DNA from: Promethearchaeota archaeon
GTDB lineage: Archaea > Asgardarchaeota > Lokiarchaeia > Sigyniarchaeales > SOKP01
Direction: 5' to 3'
Assembly: GCA_016930515.1 (NCBI GenBank)
Contig: JAFGGO010000122.1
Location: 1-37,314 of the forward strand
DNA: 37,314 nt
In this document: positions 27,209 through 36,547 of the stretch, in pieces
Position numbering within the stretch: position 1 is the first letter of the stretch
Layout: each line of letters opens with the position of its first letter
Notes under the pieces: generated by a model
The model's input: only the letters and a program-made list of their open reading frames with translations
Told to the model about the DNA's origin: nothing
Databases searched by the model: none
Program-made: the position numbers and the translations under genes

Positions 27209-27240
27209 GATATTCACTTAAATGATACTAATCCACTTGA

Positions 27241-27248
27241 ATATATAA
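27241..27248 (-). promoter_or_regulatory. Putative TATA box (TTATATAT) for the 829-aa gene
   Basis: About 33-40 bp upstream of ATG 27208. Same octamer as upstream of HMG-CoA synthase. Confidence 0.4.
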
Positions 27249-27305
27249 CATTTACTTGGGTTAAAAGATCGTTTTCAATGATAATAATCTGAAAAATCTT
27301 GCTCG

Positions 27306-28136
27306 TTAAGACGCAATAAAGGGGGAATAGACTCTTTTGTAAAAGTCGATTATTTCGGGAGGTATTTCTTTAAAAAAAGAAAGACTTTCGTCAATATTTC
27401 TTTCCTTTATGGAATTTAAACCTTTACTCACGAGCGATCGTATCTTAGTTATCAATTCAGACAAATAATCAAAAATTAGCTTCTCAAGTTTATTAAAAAC
27501 GGTTGATTGGGTTTTTTTTATGTCCATCCTATTGATTGACCTTGATAGATCAAAAATTTTTCTATATTTTTCCAAAGCCTTTTTTAAGTCCTTAGAGACA
27601 ATGTCATTTTCAAATTCTCTAATAAGTTCATCGATGTTGTCTGATATTTTACGATAATGGGATTCAGAATTTAAAAGCTCCGATTTTATTTTCCCGAGCC
27701 GTTTGTTATAATATAGGTCGTTTTTATCAAGTATTTGTTCAATAAGCGCATCAATAATCATTATTGCTTCTGAAAATTGATTTTCTTTTCCCATATTTTG
27801 TGCAAGTTGTATATCTTTTTCAATACGCTCAACAATATCGCTAGCTAATTTTTCATCTGTGAAAAAAAACTTGTAATCATATCGCTTTTCCACGCCACGC
27901 TCTATGATACACGAGCTTACAATCAGGTTTTTATAAGAGTTTTGCCAAGAGGAAAGGCTCTTCCTAAAACCAACATTCTTCAAGTGGTCTGAGGCGTCTA
28001 TCCGTTCGATCTTGAGTAAATTTTTCGTCGTAAAAATCTTTTCGTAAAATTTCGCCACATAATCTTTAATCTCGTTAAATCTTCCAATAAATAGGTCTTG
28101 GTTCTTTTCAAATACTGAATCGATAATTTCGACCAT
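27306..28136 (-). CDS. Hypothetical protein with TPR-like helical C-terminal half
   Basis: 276-aa ORF. Helical-hairpin motifs NQFSEAIMII, KDLKKALEKY, RNIDESLSFF. Confidence 0.6.
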   Translation of the reverse strand: MVEIIDSVFEKNQDLFIGRFNEIKDYVAKFYEKIFTTKNLLKIERIDASDHLKNVGFRKSLSSWQNSYKNLIVSSCIIERGVEKRYDYKFFFTDEKLASDIVERIEKDIQLAQNMGKENQFSEAIMIIDALIEQILDKNDLYYNKRLGKIKSELLNSESHYRKISDNIDELIREFENDIVSKDLKKALEKYRKIFDLSRSINRMDIKKTQSTVFNKLEKLIFDYLSELITKIRSLVSKGLNSIKERNIDESLSFFKEIPPEIIDFYKRVYSPFIAS

Positions 28137-28367
28137 CTCGAAGGTATCTTTTTTTTAATAAAATCGAACGATTATTCTTTTTCGATTAAAAATATAATTA
28201 TCTTCTTAAAACTTGCAATAAAGCAGATCATTGTTATCATTAATTAATTTTTGGCTGCAATTTTAAAAAAGAGTTCATAAGAAAATAATTATAAGAATAT
28301 CGTTCTTAGTATAGTTGTAAGGTCCAATTATTATAAATTATAAGATTCTTTTAAAAGGTAATTCTTC

Positions 28368-29162
28368 ATGGATTTGGGTTTGAAAAATAAAGTGGCTCTT
28401 GTTTTAGCCGGCAGCAAGGGATTGGGTCTCGCATGTGCAAGGGAATTATATTTAGAAGGAGCTCATATGGTAATATGCAGTCGTTCTGAGAAGAATTTAC
28501 TCAATGCAGTTGACGCCATTAAAATACAATCCAAGACCAACGAAATTTTATCGGTTAAGGCTGACGTGAGTAATAAAGACGACCTCAAAAACCTAATTTC
28601 AACAGTTATGGAACGATTTGGACGGATTGATATCCTCGTTCACAACGCCGGGGGCCCTCCTTCTGGTTTTATTGAAAGTATATCCGACGAGCAATGGATG
28701 ATATCTATTGGACAAAACTTCCTTTCTTTCGTAAACATCGCCAATATCATAACTCCCATAATGAAAAAACAAGGATTCGGAAGAATAATAGCCATTACTT
28801 CGGTTTCGGTCAAGCAACCGTTAGATAATATGGCGTTGTCCAATAGCACTAGGTTAGGGGTTGTTGGTTTCGCAAAAACCCTCGCAAACGAATGCGCCAA
28901 AGACAACATTCTGGTTAATGTGGTCTGTCCTGGACCTAACCTCACCGATAGGATGAAAGAGCTCATCGATTCAACCGTGATAAGAGAACATAAAACCAAA
29001 GAAGAAGTAATTGATACTTGGACCAAACAGATTCCTCTTGGGAGATTAGGCAAACCCGAAGAATTGGCGGCGCTGGTTGCGTTTTTAGCCTCAGAGAGGG
29101 CGAGTTATATTACTGGAACTGTAATTCAAGTTGATGGAGGGTTTATTAAAGGAGTTTTTTAA
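28368..29162 (+). CDS. Short-chain dehydrogenase/reductase (FabG-like, SxxxR active-site subtype)
   Basis: MDLGLKNKVALVLAGSKGLG, DILVHNAGGPP, SNSTR in place of YxxxK, PLGRLGKPEE, YITGTVIQVDGG. Confidence 0.92.
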   Translation: MDLGLKNKVALVLAGSKGLGLACARELYLEGAHMVICSRSEKNLLNAVDAIKIQSKTNEILSVKADVSNKDDLKNLISTVMERFGRIDILVHNAGGPPSGFIESISDEQWMISIGQNFLSFVNIANIITPIMKKQGFGRIIAITSVSVKQPLDNMALSNSTRLGVVGFAKTLANECAKDNILVNVVCPGPNLTDRMKELIDSTVIREHKTKEEVIDTWTKQIPLGRLGKPEELAALVAFLASERASYITGTVIQVDGGFIKGVF

Positions 29163-29371
29163 ATTAACAATTTATTTATTTGAAATTAAGAATTTCTCTG
29201 ATATTATTTTTGAAAACTTACTTATTTTTTTTACTGAACTATTTTCTTGTCGTAAGAAACTCCAAAAATCTCTACTTCCTTTAAATATCCTTTATAAGCA
29301 ATCGTGAAGTTTAAATGAGAAACATTCTAATAATATACCTAATCGACACAAAATTTATATTTGTGGTGAAT

Positions 29372-31189
29372 ATGAGAGTGAATTTCAAACAAGTAAAATT
29401 AAAAAAAAAACATGGCGTGCTCTTGACGCTCGTTACGACCACTTTTTTAATAAATCTAGTTTTATTTGGTGCAATACCCCAAAATGCTACGAATCGCTTA
29501 CTAATTAAATCTTCCTTTGACGAATCGTATTCCGAAAATTGGATTGCAAACGGGGATTTTTCAACGAACCTTTCGTGGTATGGATTAATTCCAAGTAGTT
29601 ATAAAGACGATTTTTCGACTAAGATTTCAGGAGGAGGCGCTGATTTAACTGTTATCGGAGATCAAGGCACTTATAACTTCTATGATATTATTGATGATAG
29701 TTGGACTTTGGAAAGAAATCAAGATTGGGGACCACTTCCACCTAATAATACAGGTCTTACATTTTATGGAACAGATGATTATGGAGGGTATTTAAGTTAT
29801 CAATGGCTCGAGGGATCAAACCCAGATGGCCAACTTGGTCAGAATCCTAGCGTTCAATGGAGAAAAACCATACCAAGTACGGAAGTAAGCATGGAAGGTT
29901 ATGAAATCACATCCGCTTCTCTTCAAGTTACTTTTAATGCTACAGTTACAGCAGGTTCGCTTCCTTCGGGTTCTGGCTATGATAATGGAGGAATAGATGT
30001 TCTTGGAGATACCTATGGAGAAGCTGATTGGCAATTTTATGATGGCGATTATGTTCGATTTTATGCCAACCTTGCTGATGCAAATAATTCCATTAGTCCA
30101 CTCCCTCAAACTTACAACCAATCTAAATTCTTGGGCTTAGATACAAACGCTGATGGGAGTGATAAAGATTATTTCCCAGATAGCACTTTATCACCTATGG
30201 AAGGCAGGTTAATAGACGATTTAGATGAATTATTTCAATATAATGACACTAGCTTAACATTAATTGTAGGAATCAATATATTTTGTGAGGACAATGATGA
30301 TGGTACTGATCAAGATATTTGGGACGAATTGCGTATTAACACAGTTAATTTAACATTCACATACGAAAAAAAGATTGAAAAAGCATCTACAGCGTCGTTT
30401 AGGCAAGATGGAGATTTGCTTAGCAATACTGTAGTTGGAAATTCGAGCTTCAAATCTGTAGACAATGTAAACTTGAACTTTGATTATTCCATCGATAAAC
30501 CCTGGACAAGCGAATCCACGCACTCTAAAATATTAGTTCAATTAAATGGTTTGACTTGCGAAGAGGACGACGACGATTATATCACCTTGATTGATATTCC
30601 TAGCACGGGTACGATATACTCTTACAATCGTAGCCTTTCTTCTTATGGATATATAAATGAAATCACTGATTATGTAAATATATCGATTCTCTTGCTCATG
30701 GATGACGATTTCAGGCTCACGGAAAACATTACCATCACGATTGACAATGTCGTTCTTGATATCGATTATACATTGGCATTCCTCGATCCACCACCGCCAG
30801 AAACACCAGAACCAGAACCTCCAGGACCTTTTGATTACGAGGATTATCTCTGGTTAGTCTACCTACTCGCAATCACGTCTGGAGTAGTGATTGCTGGACT
30901 TGGCACATATAGCATTCTTTATGTGACTTACTTGAAATATCCGCCTTTGGTGCGCAAAATTAGAGCGCTTAGGAGGAAAGTAAGAAAGAACAAGTCTCTC
31001 ACGAAACCAATTCTCGTGAAAAAGCGCGCTACTTTAGAAAATGTTGCATTAAAAGAAAAAATGCAGGTATTAAACATTGATACAAAAGCGATTGCTGCAA
31101 GTAAAGCTACGACGAGTGCTGGAGCAGTTCAAAAAATAGCTCCTGGAGATGTATCAGATGTAAGTAAAAAACCTACAGGAGGGAAGTGA
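29372..31189 (+). CDS. Membrane-anchored cell-surface (glyco)protein with C-terminal TM and basic cytoplasmic tail
   Basis: Likely start ATG 29372 (GGTGA upstream; the track starts at 29315). N-terminal basic + hydrophobic signal/anchor. D/S/T/N-rich beta ectodomain with several NxS/T sequons. PPPPETPEPEPPGP linker, TM helix, then KYPPLVRKIRALRRKVRK. Confidence 0.8.
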   Translation: MRVNFKQVKLKKKHGVLLTLVTTTFLINLVLFGAIPQNATNRLLIKSSFDESYSENWIANGDFSTNLSWYGLIPSSYKDDFSTKISGGGADLTVIGDQGTYNFYDIIDDSWTLERNQDWGPLPPNNTGLTFYGTDDYGGYLSYQWLEGSNPDGQLGQNPSVQWRKTIPSTEVSMEGYEITSASLQVTFNATVTAGSLPSGSGYDNGGIDVLGDTYGEADWQFYDGDYVRFYANLADANNSISPLPQTYNQSKFLGLDTNADGSDKDYFPDSTLSPMEGRLIDDLDELFQYNDTSLTLIVGINIFCEDNDDGTDQDIWDELRINTVNLTFTYEKKIEKASTASFRQDGDLLSNTVVGNSSFKSVDNVNLNFDYSIDKPWTSESTHSKILVQLNGLTCEEDDDDYITLIDIPSTGTIYSYNRSLSSYGYINEITDYVNISILLLMDDDFRLTENITITIDNVVLDIDYTLAFLDPPPPETPEPEPPGPFDYEDYLWLVYLLAITSGVVIAGLGTYSILYVTYLKYPPLVRKIRALRRKVRKNKSLTKPILVKKRATLENVALKEKMQVLNIDTKAIAASKATTSAGAVQKIAPGDVSDVSKKPTGGK

Positions 31190-32331
31190 ATAAAATGCCA
31201 TTAGGATATATAATATGCAGGTGGTCGCAAAACCAAGGATTAATTATTCCTGCCAGTTACCCCGAAAAAATGACGGTCGACTTGGACGATATGATGCGAG
31301 TATTTTACGCCCACGTCACGGGAGCAGGGGCAGAAGGTAATGTGGTTGTTCGATTGGAACGCTCGCAATGTAACGTGGCAAGCTATTTTACTGGAATGGA
31401 TTCCGCAGATCCCATAATGATTAACTTGATGCTGTCCTACGGGGAAGACCCCGAAATGTTTGGCGAGGCGTATCTCAAGGAGATTAACGAGGAGATCCTC
31501 AAGTATACCCCAGAGATAAGCGCAACTAACATGGCACAATCGTACGAAGTGATCAAGCGCTTGAAAGAATACTTGAAATTGGCTTTATTTCAACTAGAGC
31601 GCTTGAAGAGCCTGACAAAAGAGCAAAAGCTAGCACAAATATACAGTAGCGAAAAAGGGAGGGCAATTCTTGAGTTTTTACAAGAACGAGCCCGCCCTCG
31701 AAAAGAACTACTTGCACTACTAGAAGACAAATTAGGGAGGATCATTGCCAACATCGATTACACTTTAGAGCCTTTCGTAAAAACTTCTCTCGTTCACCAG
31801 GATTGGATAGCAGGGCTTGCAGATGTATTCCTTTTTCTCAAATCAGATGTTATTATTTCTAGGATACCTCCTGTAAAATTGGTAGATCAAGCCAAAAGAG
31901 GAATTCCAAATCCCTTCTTGGGAAAGCAATATCTCGACGCGCTAAAAGTTTTTTACGCACAATACAAGCCAACAGTCGAGGACAATCTTATCGTTGCGAA
32001 TAATTTGATGAATCCAGACAAGTACGATTACATCGTTTTATTCCGAGAAAAACCCTACCCTCTAAATAAAATACCCAAGGGTCCTGGTGAAAGCTTTAAA
32101 TTCATCAAAAACATGTTAAAATCCATGGAAGAGGATAAGGTCATAACGATCGTGAAAGATAAGAAAGGTACCGAGTGGGTCTTCTTATTGTCAGACCTCT
32201 GGACAAACACTTTCTATCCCGAGTATATGGTTGATCAAATCAGGAATGACCGACGACAAGGCCTGCTGAAAAAGGAAGTTGCATTAATGCACTTGAAATT
32301 ACTCGAAAAAGAATATCCAAAAATAAAATAA
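31186..32331 (+). CDS. uDENN/longin-like domain followed by two winged-helix-like domains
   Basis: PLGYIICRWSQNQGLIIPASYP (uDENN-like start). wHTH-like segments KGRAILEFLQERARPRKEL...LEPFVKTSLV and IKNMLKSMEEDKVITIVKDKKGTEWVFL. Overlaps the upstream stop (GTGA) with GGAGG in front. Confidence 0.7.
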   Translation: MNKMPLGYIICRWSQNQGLIIPASYPEKMTVDLDDMMRVFYAHVTGAGAEGNVVVRLERSQCNVASYFTGMDSADPIMINLMLSYGEDPEMFGEAYLKEINEEILKYTPEISATNMAQSYEVIKRLKEYLKLALFQLERLKSLTKEQKLAQIYSSEKGRAILEFLQERARPRKELLALLEDKLGRIIANIDYTLEPFVKTSLVHQDWIAGLADVFLFLKSDVIISRIPPVKLVDQAKRGIPNPFLGKQYLDALKVFYAQYKPTVEDNLIVANNLMNPDKYDYIVLFREKPYPLNKIPKGPGESFKFIKNMLKSMEEDKVITIVKDKKGTEWVFLLSDLWTNTFYPEYMVDQIRNDRRQGLLKKEVALMHLKLLEKEYPKIK

Positions 32332-32345
32332 TCAGGTAATGAATC

Positions 32346-33806
32346 ATGTCAAAAGTAAAAACGACCCAAGTATTAGAGCTCATCGGCCTGGCAGAAGACG
32401 AGATAGATACTTATTTTAACTTGACCGGAAGAGGTCCCGTGATGATAGGAGAAATAGCGCTCATGTCAAAAGTCGATCGCGCCAGGGCAACTCAAATCGC
32501 CCAAACATTATTGCAAAAAGGGCTCGTGCGAGAAATTGCTGGTGCCAATCCTTATTACGAGGCATTGCCGCCATATGTTGCTTTAATGAATCAGATTAGG
32601 CAATTTAAAGACACCATTATTAATCTCCAACACACGACACCTACAAACATTCAATATAAATTCAAGGGTATTGAACAACAATCCGAAAAACTCGAAAAAT
32701 TCAACGATTATAGGAATTACATCAGAAAAGTTCGAGACGAACTCCCTCGCCAATTAAAAACTCACTTCGATTCGTTTAGCGCCGAAATCGAGCAAGTGAA
32801 ACAATTTCGGGAGATTAAAAAATTTATAACAAACTTGCGAGAGATCGTTCCTTCGGAAATTCTTCAAGAATTGCAAAAAATGGAAAGTCGCTTGGCGAAA
32901 ATAAAAAAAGAGATTTCAGAACGATTCGAAACCCAATTTCGGGTTCCAGCAATGAAAACAATGGCAGAGAACACCGTTGATGCGGTTATCACGAAGGAAT
33001 TTTCCGAAATGTCCGCTTACTTTAGGGACAAGTTCGTTAACACGACTCAAGGAATGTTAGACCAAGTCATCAGTCAATTAGCAAATATATCGGATGCCAC
33101 ATTTGATGTCGGGTCGGATCTAGATTCAACCTTCGTAAATATCGAGTCTGGACTAAAGACGGCGTTAAATGACTTGGATTCGAGAATATCCTCTGTACAT
33201 TCCGATGTGATGCAAGGGATAGAGGACCTAAAAAATCTCTTCCAAAAAGAAGTATTCGAGACGATTCAAGACGATATTGTCGTAAATATAATCAACCAAT
33301 TGGAAATGTCTGAGGCCACAATGCGGGAATTTTGGGAAAAATCCAAGCTTACATCACTATTAAGCTTCAAGGATGTATGGTTCGTCAGAAGTCAGGAAGG
33401 CATGATGGCGCAAATAAACGATTCTATTTCTCGAGTTAAAATGAGGATACAAATCATTTGTCCTACAATAGAACAAATCGATTTAGTTGCGCTCTCGCAG
33501 GTTAAGAACCATGTGAATGTCCGGATTTGTACTAGCTTCGACATTAATAATCTCACGCACCAACAAATGATGAATCAAATACGCCAACACTCCAATTTTA
33601 CGCTTAGGTTTTATCCAAGAGAAAATATCTGGTCCGTGAACAAGGATTTTGAAGAAGTTGTCGTATGTGTTGTCTCAAAAAGCGAATTTGGCGTGCAAAT
33701 AGCAGGAATGGGTTCCGTTTTGGAAGAACATGTGAAACTTTTTGCCACGATGTTAGAAGACGTTTGGATCCAATCCAAGAGACTCGACATGCTCGGAATA
33801 AAATAA
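32346..33806 (+). CDS. TrmB-family wHTH regulator with long central helical/coiled-coil insert and C-terminal TrmB effector-like (PLD-like fold) domain
   Basis: IGLAEDEIDTYFNL...GEIALMSKVDRARATQIAQTLLQKGLV...YEALPP is a TrmB HTH. DVWFVRSQEGMMAQINDSISRVKMRIQIICP begins the C-terminal domain. Confidence 0.8.
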   Translation: MSKVKTTQVLELIGLAEDEIDTYFNLTGRGPVMIGEIALMSKVDRARATQIAQTLLQKGLVREIAGANPYYEALPPYVALMNQIRQFKDTIINLQHTTPTNIQYKFKGIEQQSEKLEKFNDYRNYIRKVRDELPRQLKTHFDSFSAEIEQVKQFREIKKFITNLREIVPSEILQELQKMESRLAKIKKEISERFETQFRVPAMKTMAENTVDAVITKEFSEMSAYFRDKFVNTTQGMLDQVISQLANISDATFDVGSDLDSTFVNIESGLKTALNDLDSRISSVHSDVMQGIEDLKNLFQKEVFETIQDDIVVNIINQLEMSEATMREFWEKSKLTSLLSFKDVWFVRSQEGMMAQINDSISRVKMRIQIICPTIEQIDLVALSQVKNHVNVRICTSFDINNLTHQQMMNQIRQHSNFTLRFYPRENIWSVNKDFEEVVVCVVSKSEFGVQIAGMGSVLEEHVKLFATMLEDVWIQSKRLDMLGIK

Positions 33807-33961
33807 AAAATATTTATCAATTTTTTTTATCATTTCTATTTTTAATTATATGATTTGAAAATCTCGTTTTAAAATATTTTAATATTCGAATATAAAAAAG
33901 AAAATACATTTAAAGTTAAAAATAAGTAATGTATTGTATATTGTACAGAAATTTGAACTAA

Positions 33962-34345
33962 TTAAGCATTAATATATTCTTGAGTATTAAACAAGAAATC
34001 GTTTAATATTGGAGGAATATCATCGTAATTATTTACTTTTACTCTTTCTAATTTTATATCATTATCATTTCCCGCAAGTTCAAATAGAACCTCTTTAATC
34101 ATAAAGTCTTCTATTTTTTGATATCCTTCGTAATCCTTGTAACTTGCACCTCCCCTTGATAAATTATATTCTATTTCAGTAAATTCGTCTATTTGATCAG
34201 TTAATCGATCATTATAGATGAGTGAGATGATATTCTTGTCGTTATGCCATAAGAACCCGTGTCCGCCGTTTTCTAAATAAATATCAACATTATTTTTGCT
34301 TAATTCGAATATTAATGCTTTTATTGTTAATTTTGTTTCTTGCAT
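33962..34345 (-). CDS. Hypothetical protein
   Basis: 127-aa ORF with ATG filling an intergenic gap. No motif recognised. Confidence 0.55.
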   Translation of the reverse strand: MQETKLTIKALIFELSKNNVDIYLENGGHGFLWHNDKNIISLIYNDRLTDQIDEFTEIEYNLSRGGASYKDYEGYQKIEDFMIKEVLFELAGNDNDIKLERVKVNNYDDIPPILNDFLFNTQEYINA

Positions 34346-34500
34346 GTTTTTGAAGAGAAATTTTTCAATTATTTTATACTAAAATAATTTTAATGTTTTA
34401 TATAAGATCGAGGGAGATTAGATTTAGTAATTAAAACATCGAGTGTATGAAATAACATGAAAATTAAATAAGGAAAAAAAAATGTGAAAAAATGTTTATT

Positions 34501-35334
34501 TTATCTACCTTTGAATTCAGGTTTTCTCTTCTCCAAAAAGGCGTTGACACCTTCCATGACGTCTTCGGATCGAGAATTAATACCGTATCCAAATAACTCG
34601 AATTGCAATCCTACATTAAGTGGAACTTGTGAACCATAATCAACGCATTTCTTTATGATGTACAAGCTATTCGTTGCTGAATTTCCTAATTTAGTCGCTT
34701 TTTCTTTTATTACATTCTCGAAATTGTCAGCATCGGTTAGAAAGGATATCACCCCATAATCGTACATCTGCTGAGCAGTTATGGGTTCGCCAAAAAACAT
34801 CATTTCCTTGACCTTGAACTTGCCAATGCTTTTGATCATTCTTTGTGTTCCACCGTTTGCTGCAAAAATGCCTCTCTGGATTTCCGGAAATCCAAAAGAA
34901 GATCGTTTTGTTGCAATGATTATATCGCAAACGAGAACGAGTTCTAATCCTCCACCTAATGCAAATCCATCAACGGCAGCTATGAGAGGTTTTGGAAATC
35001 TATCAATAAGGTCATAATAAATATGGCGCCTATTCATTGCCTCATCATGATGTCTAATGAGACTTTGGTCTAAATCTTCGTTTCCGAAAGCGCTTAAATC
35101 GGCTCCAGCGGAGAAAGCTGGTTTTTTGGTAAAGTCCTTAGTGCCTCGAAGCACTACGCATCTCGTTTTTTCATCAACGATTAAGGGTTGCAACGCCTCT
35201 GAGATTTGCCTGAGCGTTTCGGTCTGGAGGGCGTTCAATCGATCTGGTCGATTAATGCTAATGACCGTATAATTACCCTCTGCAACGTGTTCTATTTTTA
35301 ATTGGTCGAATTTTTGTTCAGAAATATAAATCAC
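34501..35334 (-). CDS. Enoyl-CoA hydratase/isomerase (crotonase family)
   Basis: INRPDRLNAL, AFSAGADL, PKPLIAAVDGFALGGGLEL, FGFPEIQRG (both catalytic Glu), EGVNAFLEKRKPEFKGR. Confidence 0.94.
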   Translation of the reverse strand: MIYISEQKFDQLKIEHVAEGNYTVISINRPDRLNALQTETLRQISEALQPLIVDEKTRCVVLRGTKDFTKKPAFSAGADLSAFGNEDLDQSLIRHHDEAMNRRHIYYDLIDRFPKPLIAAVDGFALGGGLELVLVCDIIIATKRSSFGFPEIQRGIFAANGGTQRMIKSIGKFKVKEMMFFGEPITAQQMYDYGVISFLTDADNFENVIKEKATKLGNSATNSLYIIKKCVDYGSQVPLNVGLQFELFGYGINSRSEDVMEGVNAFLEKRKPEFKGR

Positions 35335-35416
35335 CTATTACATGTCTTTTTGAAACTCAATTGATAGACATTGATTGGTTGGTAATGGTCAAACAAAAAT
35401 AAATTTTGAGGTAAAA

Positions 35417-36484
35417 CTAAAAAATTATTGGATTGACAATTCCCAAATATTTTTCTATTATTTGTAGCATTTCGTCTATTGTACCTATATAACCAATCAA
35501 TTGGTGTTTGGCAATGCTTTTCAAAACCTTACCATCAGTAGAAAATGGAATGAAATGGAGCTCGATCTCTCCAAAACTGAACGGAGGCTCATCGGGTGAT
35601 TTATCGTTATAAGATTGTATGGAACCTCTTTGGGTAATTGATTGATTTTTTGCCTCGTCAAGTGTTTGAGATTGGTTTTGAGGTACATCTTCAGATAATT
35701 TTATCAGCAAACCATAATTTTCTGAATCAGGAATTTTTAATAAATAGGCGATTTTAGCACTCCTCTGGAAGTTAATATCTTCCGGTTTTATCGCCACCTT
35801 GTGAACCTCGGAAGCGTCTATTTTAAAGGAAATGTAATTTTCTCCCACATGTAATCTATCGGATGGGATTTCGTTGAAATACGCGAGTGGTTTTGGGTTT
35901 TTTCTTGTTGGGATCAATACAGTCCCAGGATTATCTGGACCACCTGTTATAATTTGTGCCAAAGACCAACCATTCATTTTACCTAATTCTGCGTGAATTA
36001 TGCATTTATCAATAATTTCAATGGCGATATTTTGTAATCCAGTTTGAATTGGTTCTTGTATTATCGAAAATTGTCTCGTTAGTAAACCTTTATAGTTTTT
36101 TCTTGAGGTATTGTCAATGAAAGAGAGATCACTCTCAACGATACAACTATCGTTCGAAGAATTTAACACCTTAAAATTTGCAGGATCAATTCCTTTAGGA
36201 CAAGACCAGCCTTCGAAATTGAATGGATTTTCGTAAAAAAACGATCTTTCTGGGCTAATCCAATATCTATCTCCTCCAAGAGGAATATCGCCTGCTTCTA
36301 TTAGTTGACGAATGTTAGGATTAATCCATAACAAGCTATATTCTTTTATTGAGGGAAAGAATCCTAATGGTCTACCACCATGCTCTGAAATAATAACCGT
36401 ACTATCGTCGTTAGATTTTAATTCTATTAATCGAGTTAATGATTTTATTTCTTCGATTAATTGTTCTTTCTTAAAATATTTCAT
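35417..36484 (-). CDS. Hypothetical galactose-mutarotase-like beta-supersandwich protein (DUF6786/DUF4380-like)
   Basis: ISEHGGRPLG...LLWINP...LGGDRYWISPE N-terminal pattern and C-terminal FGEIELH. Confidence 0.6.
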   Translation of the reverse strand: MKYFKKEQLIEEIKSLTRLIELKSNDDSTVIISEHGGRPLGFFPSIKEYSLLWINPNIRQLIEAGDIPLGGDRYWISPERSFFYENPFNFEGWSCPKGIDPANFKVLNSSNDSCIVESDLSFIDNTSRKNYKGLLTRQFSIIQEPIQTGLQNIAIEIIDKCIIHAELGKMNGWSLAQIITGGPDNPGTVLIPTRKNPKPLAYFNEIPSDRLHVGENYISFKIDASEVHKVAIKPEDINFQRSAKIAYLLKIPDSENYGLLIKLSEDVPQNQSQTLDEAKNQSITQRGSIQSYNDKSPDEPPFSFGEIELHFIPFSTDGKVLKSIAKHQLIGYIGTIDEMLQIIEKYLGIVNPIIF

Positions 36485-36547
36485 TCTAAGTCCTTGAAAA
36501 GTTAATCGATATATTCTTGAAGTAAGGCAGGATCAATATTTTAAGAT

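Noticed and set aside
28368-29162. SDR lacks the catalytic YxxxK (has SNSTR), suggesting a pseudo-enzyme
   Set aside because: The SxxxR variant with MDLGL and NAGGPP is a known, widespread SDR subtype.
33390-33806. PLD-like C-terminal domain as an active nuclease or defence effector
   Set aside because: No HxK catalytic motif is visible (the equivalent region reads YPRENIWSVNKD), consistent with an inactive TrmB-type domain.
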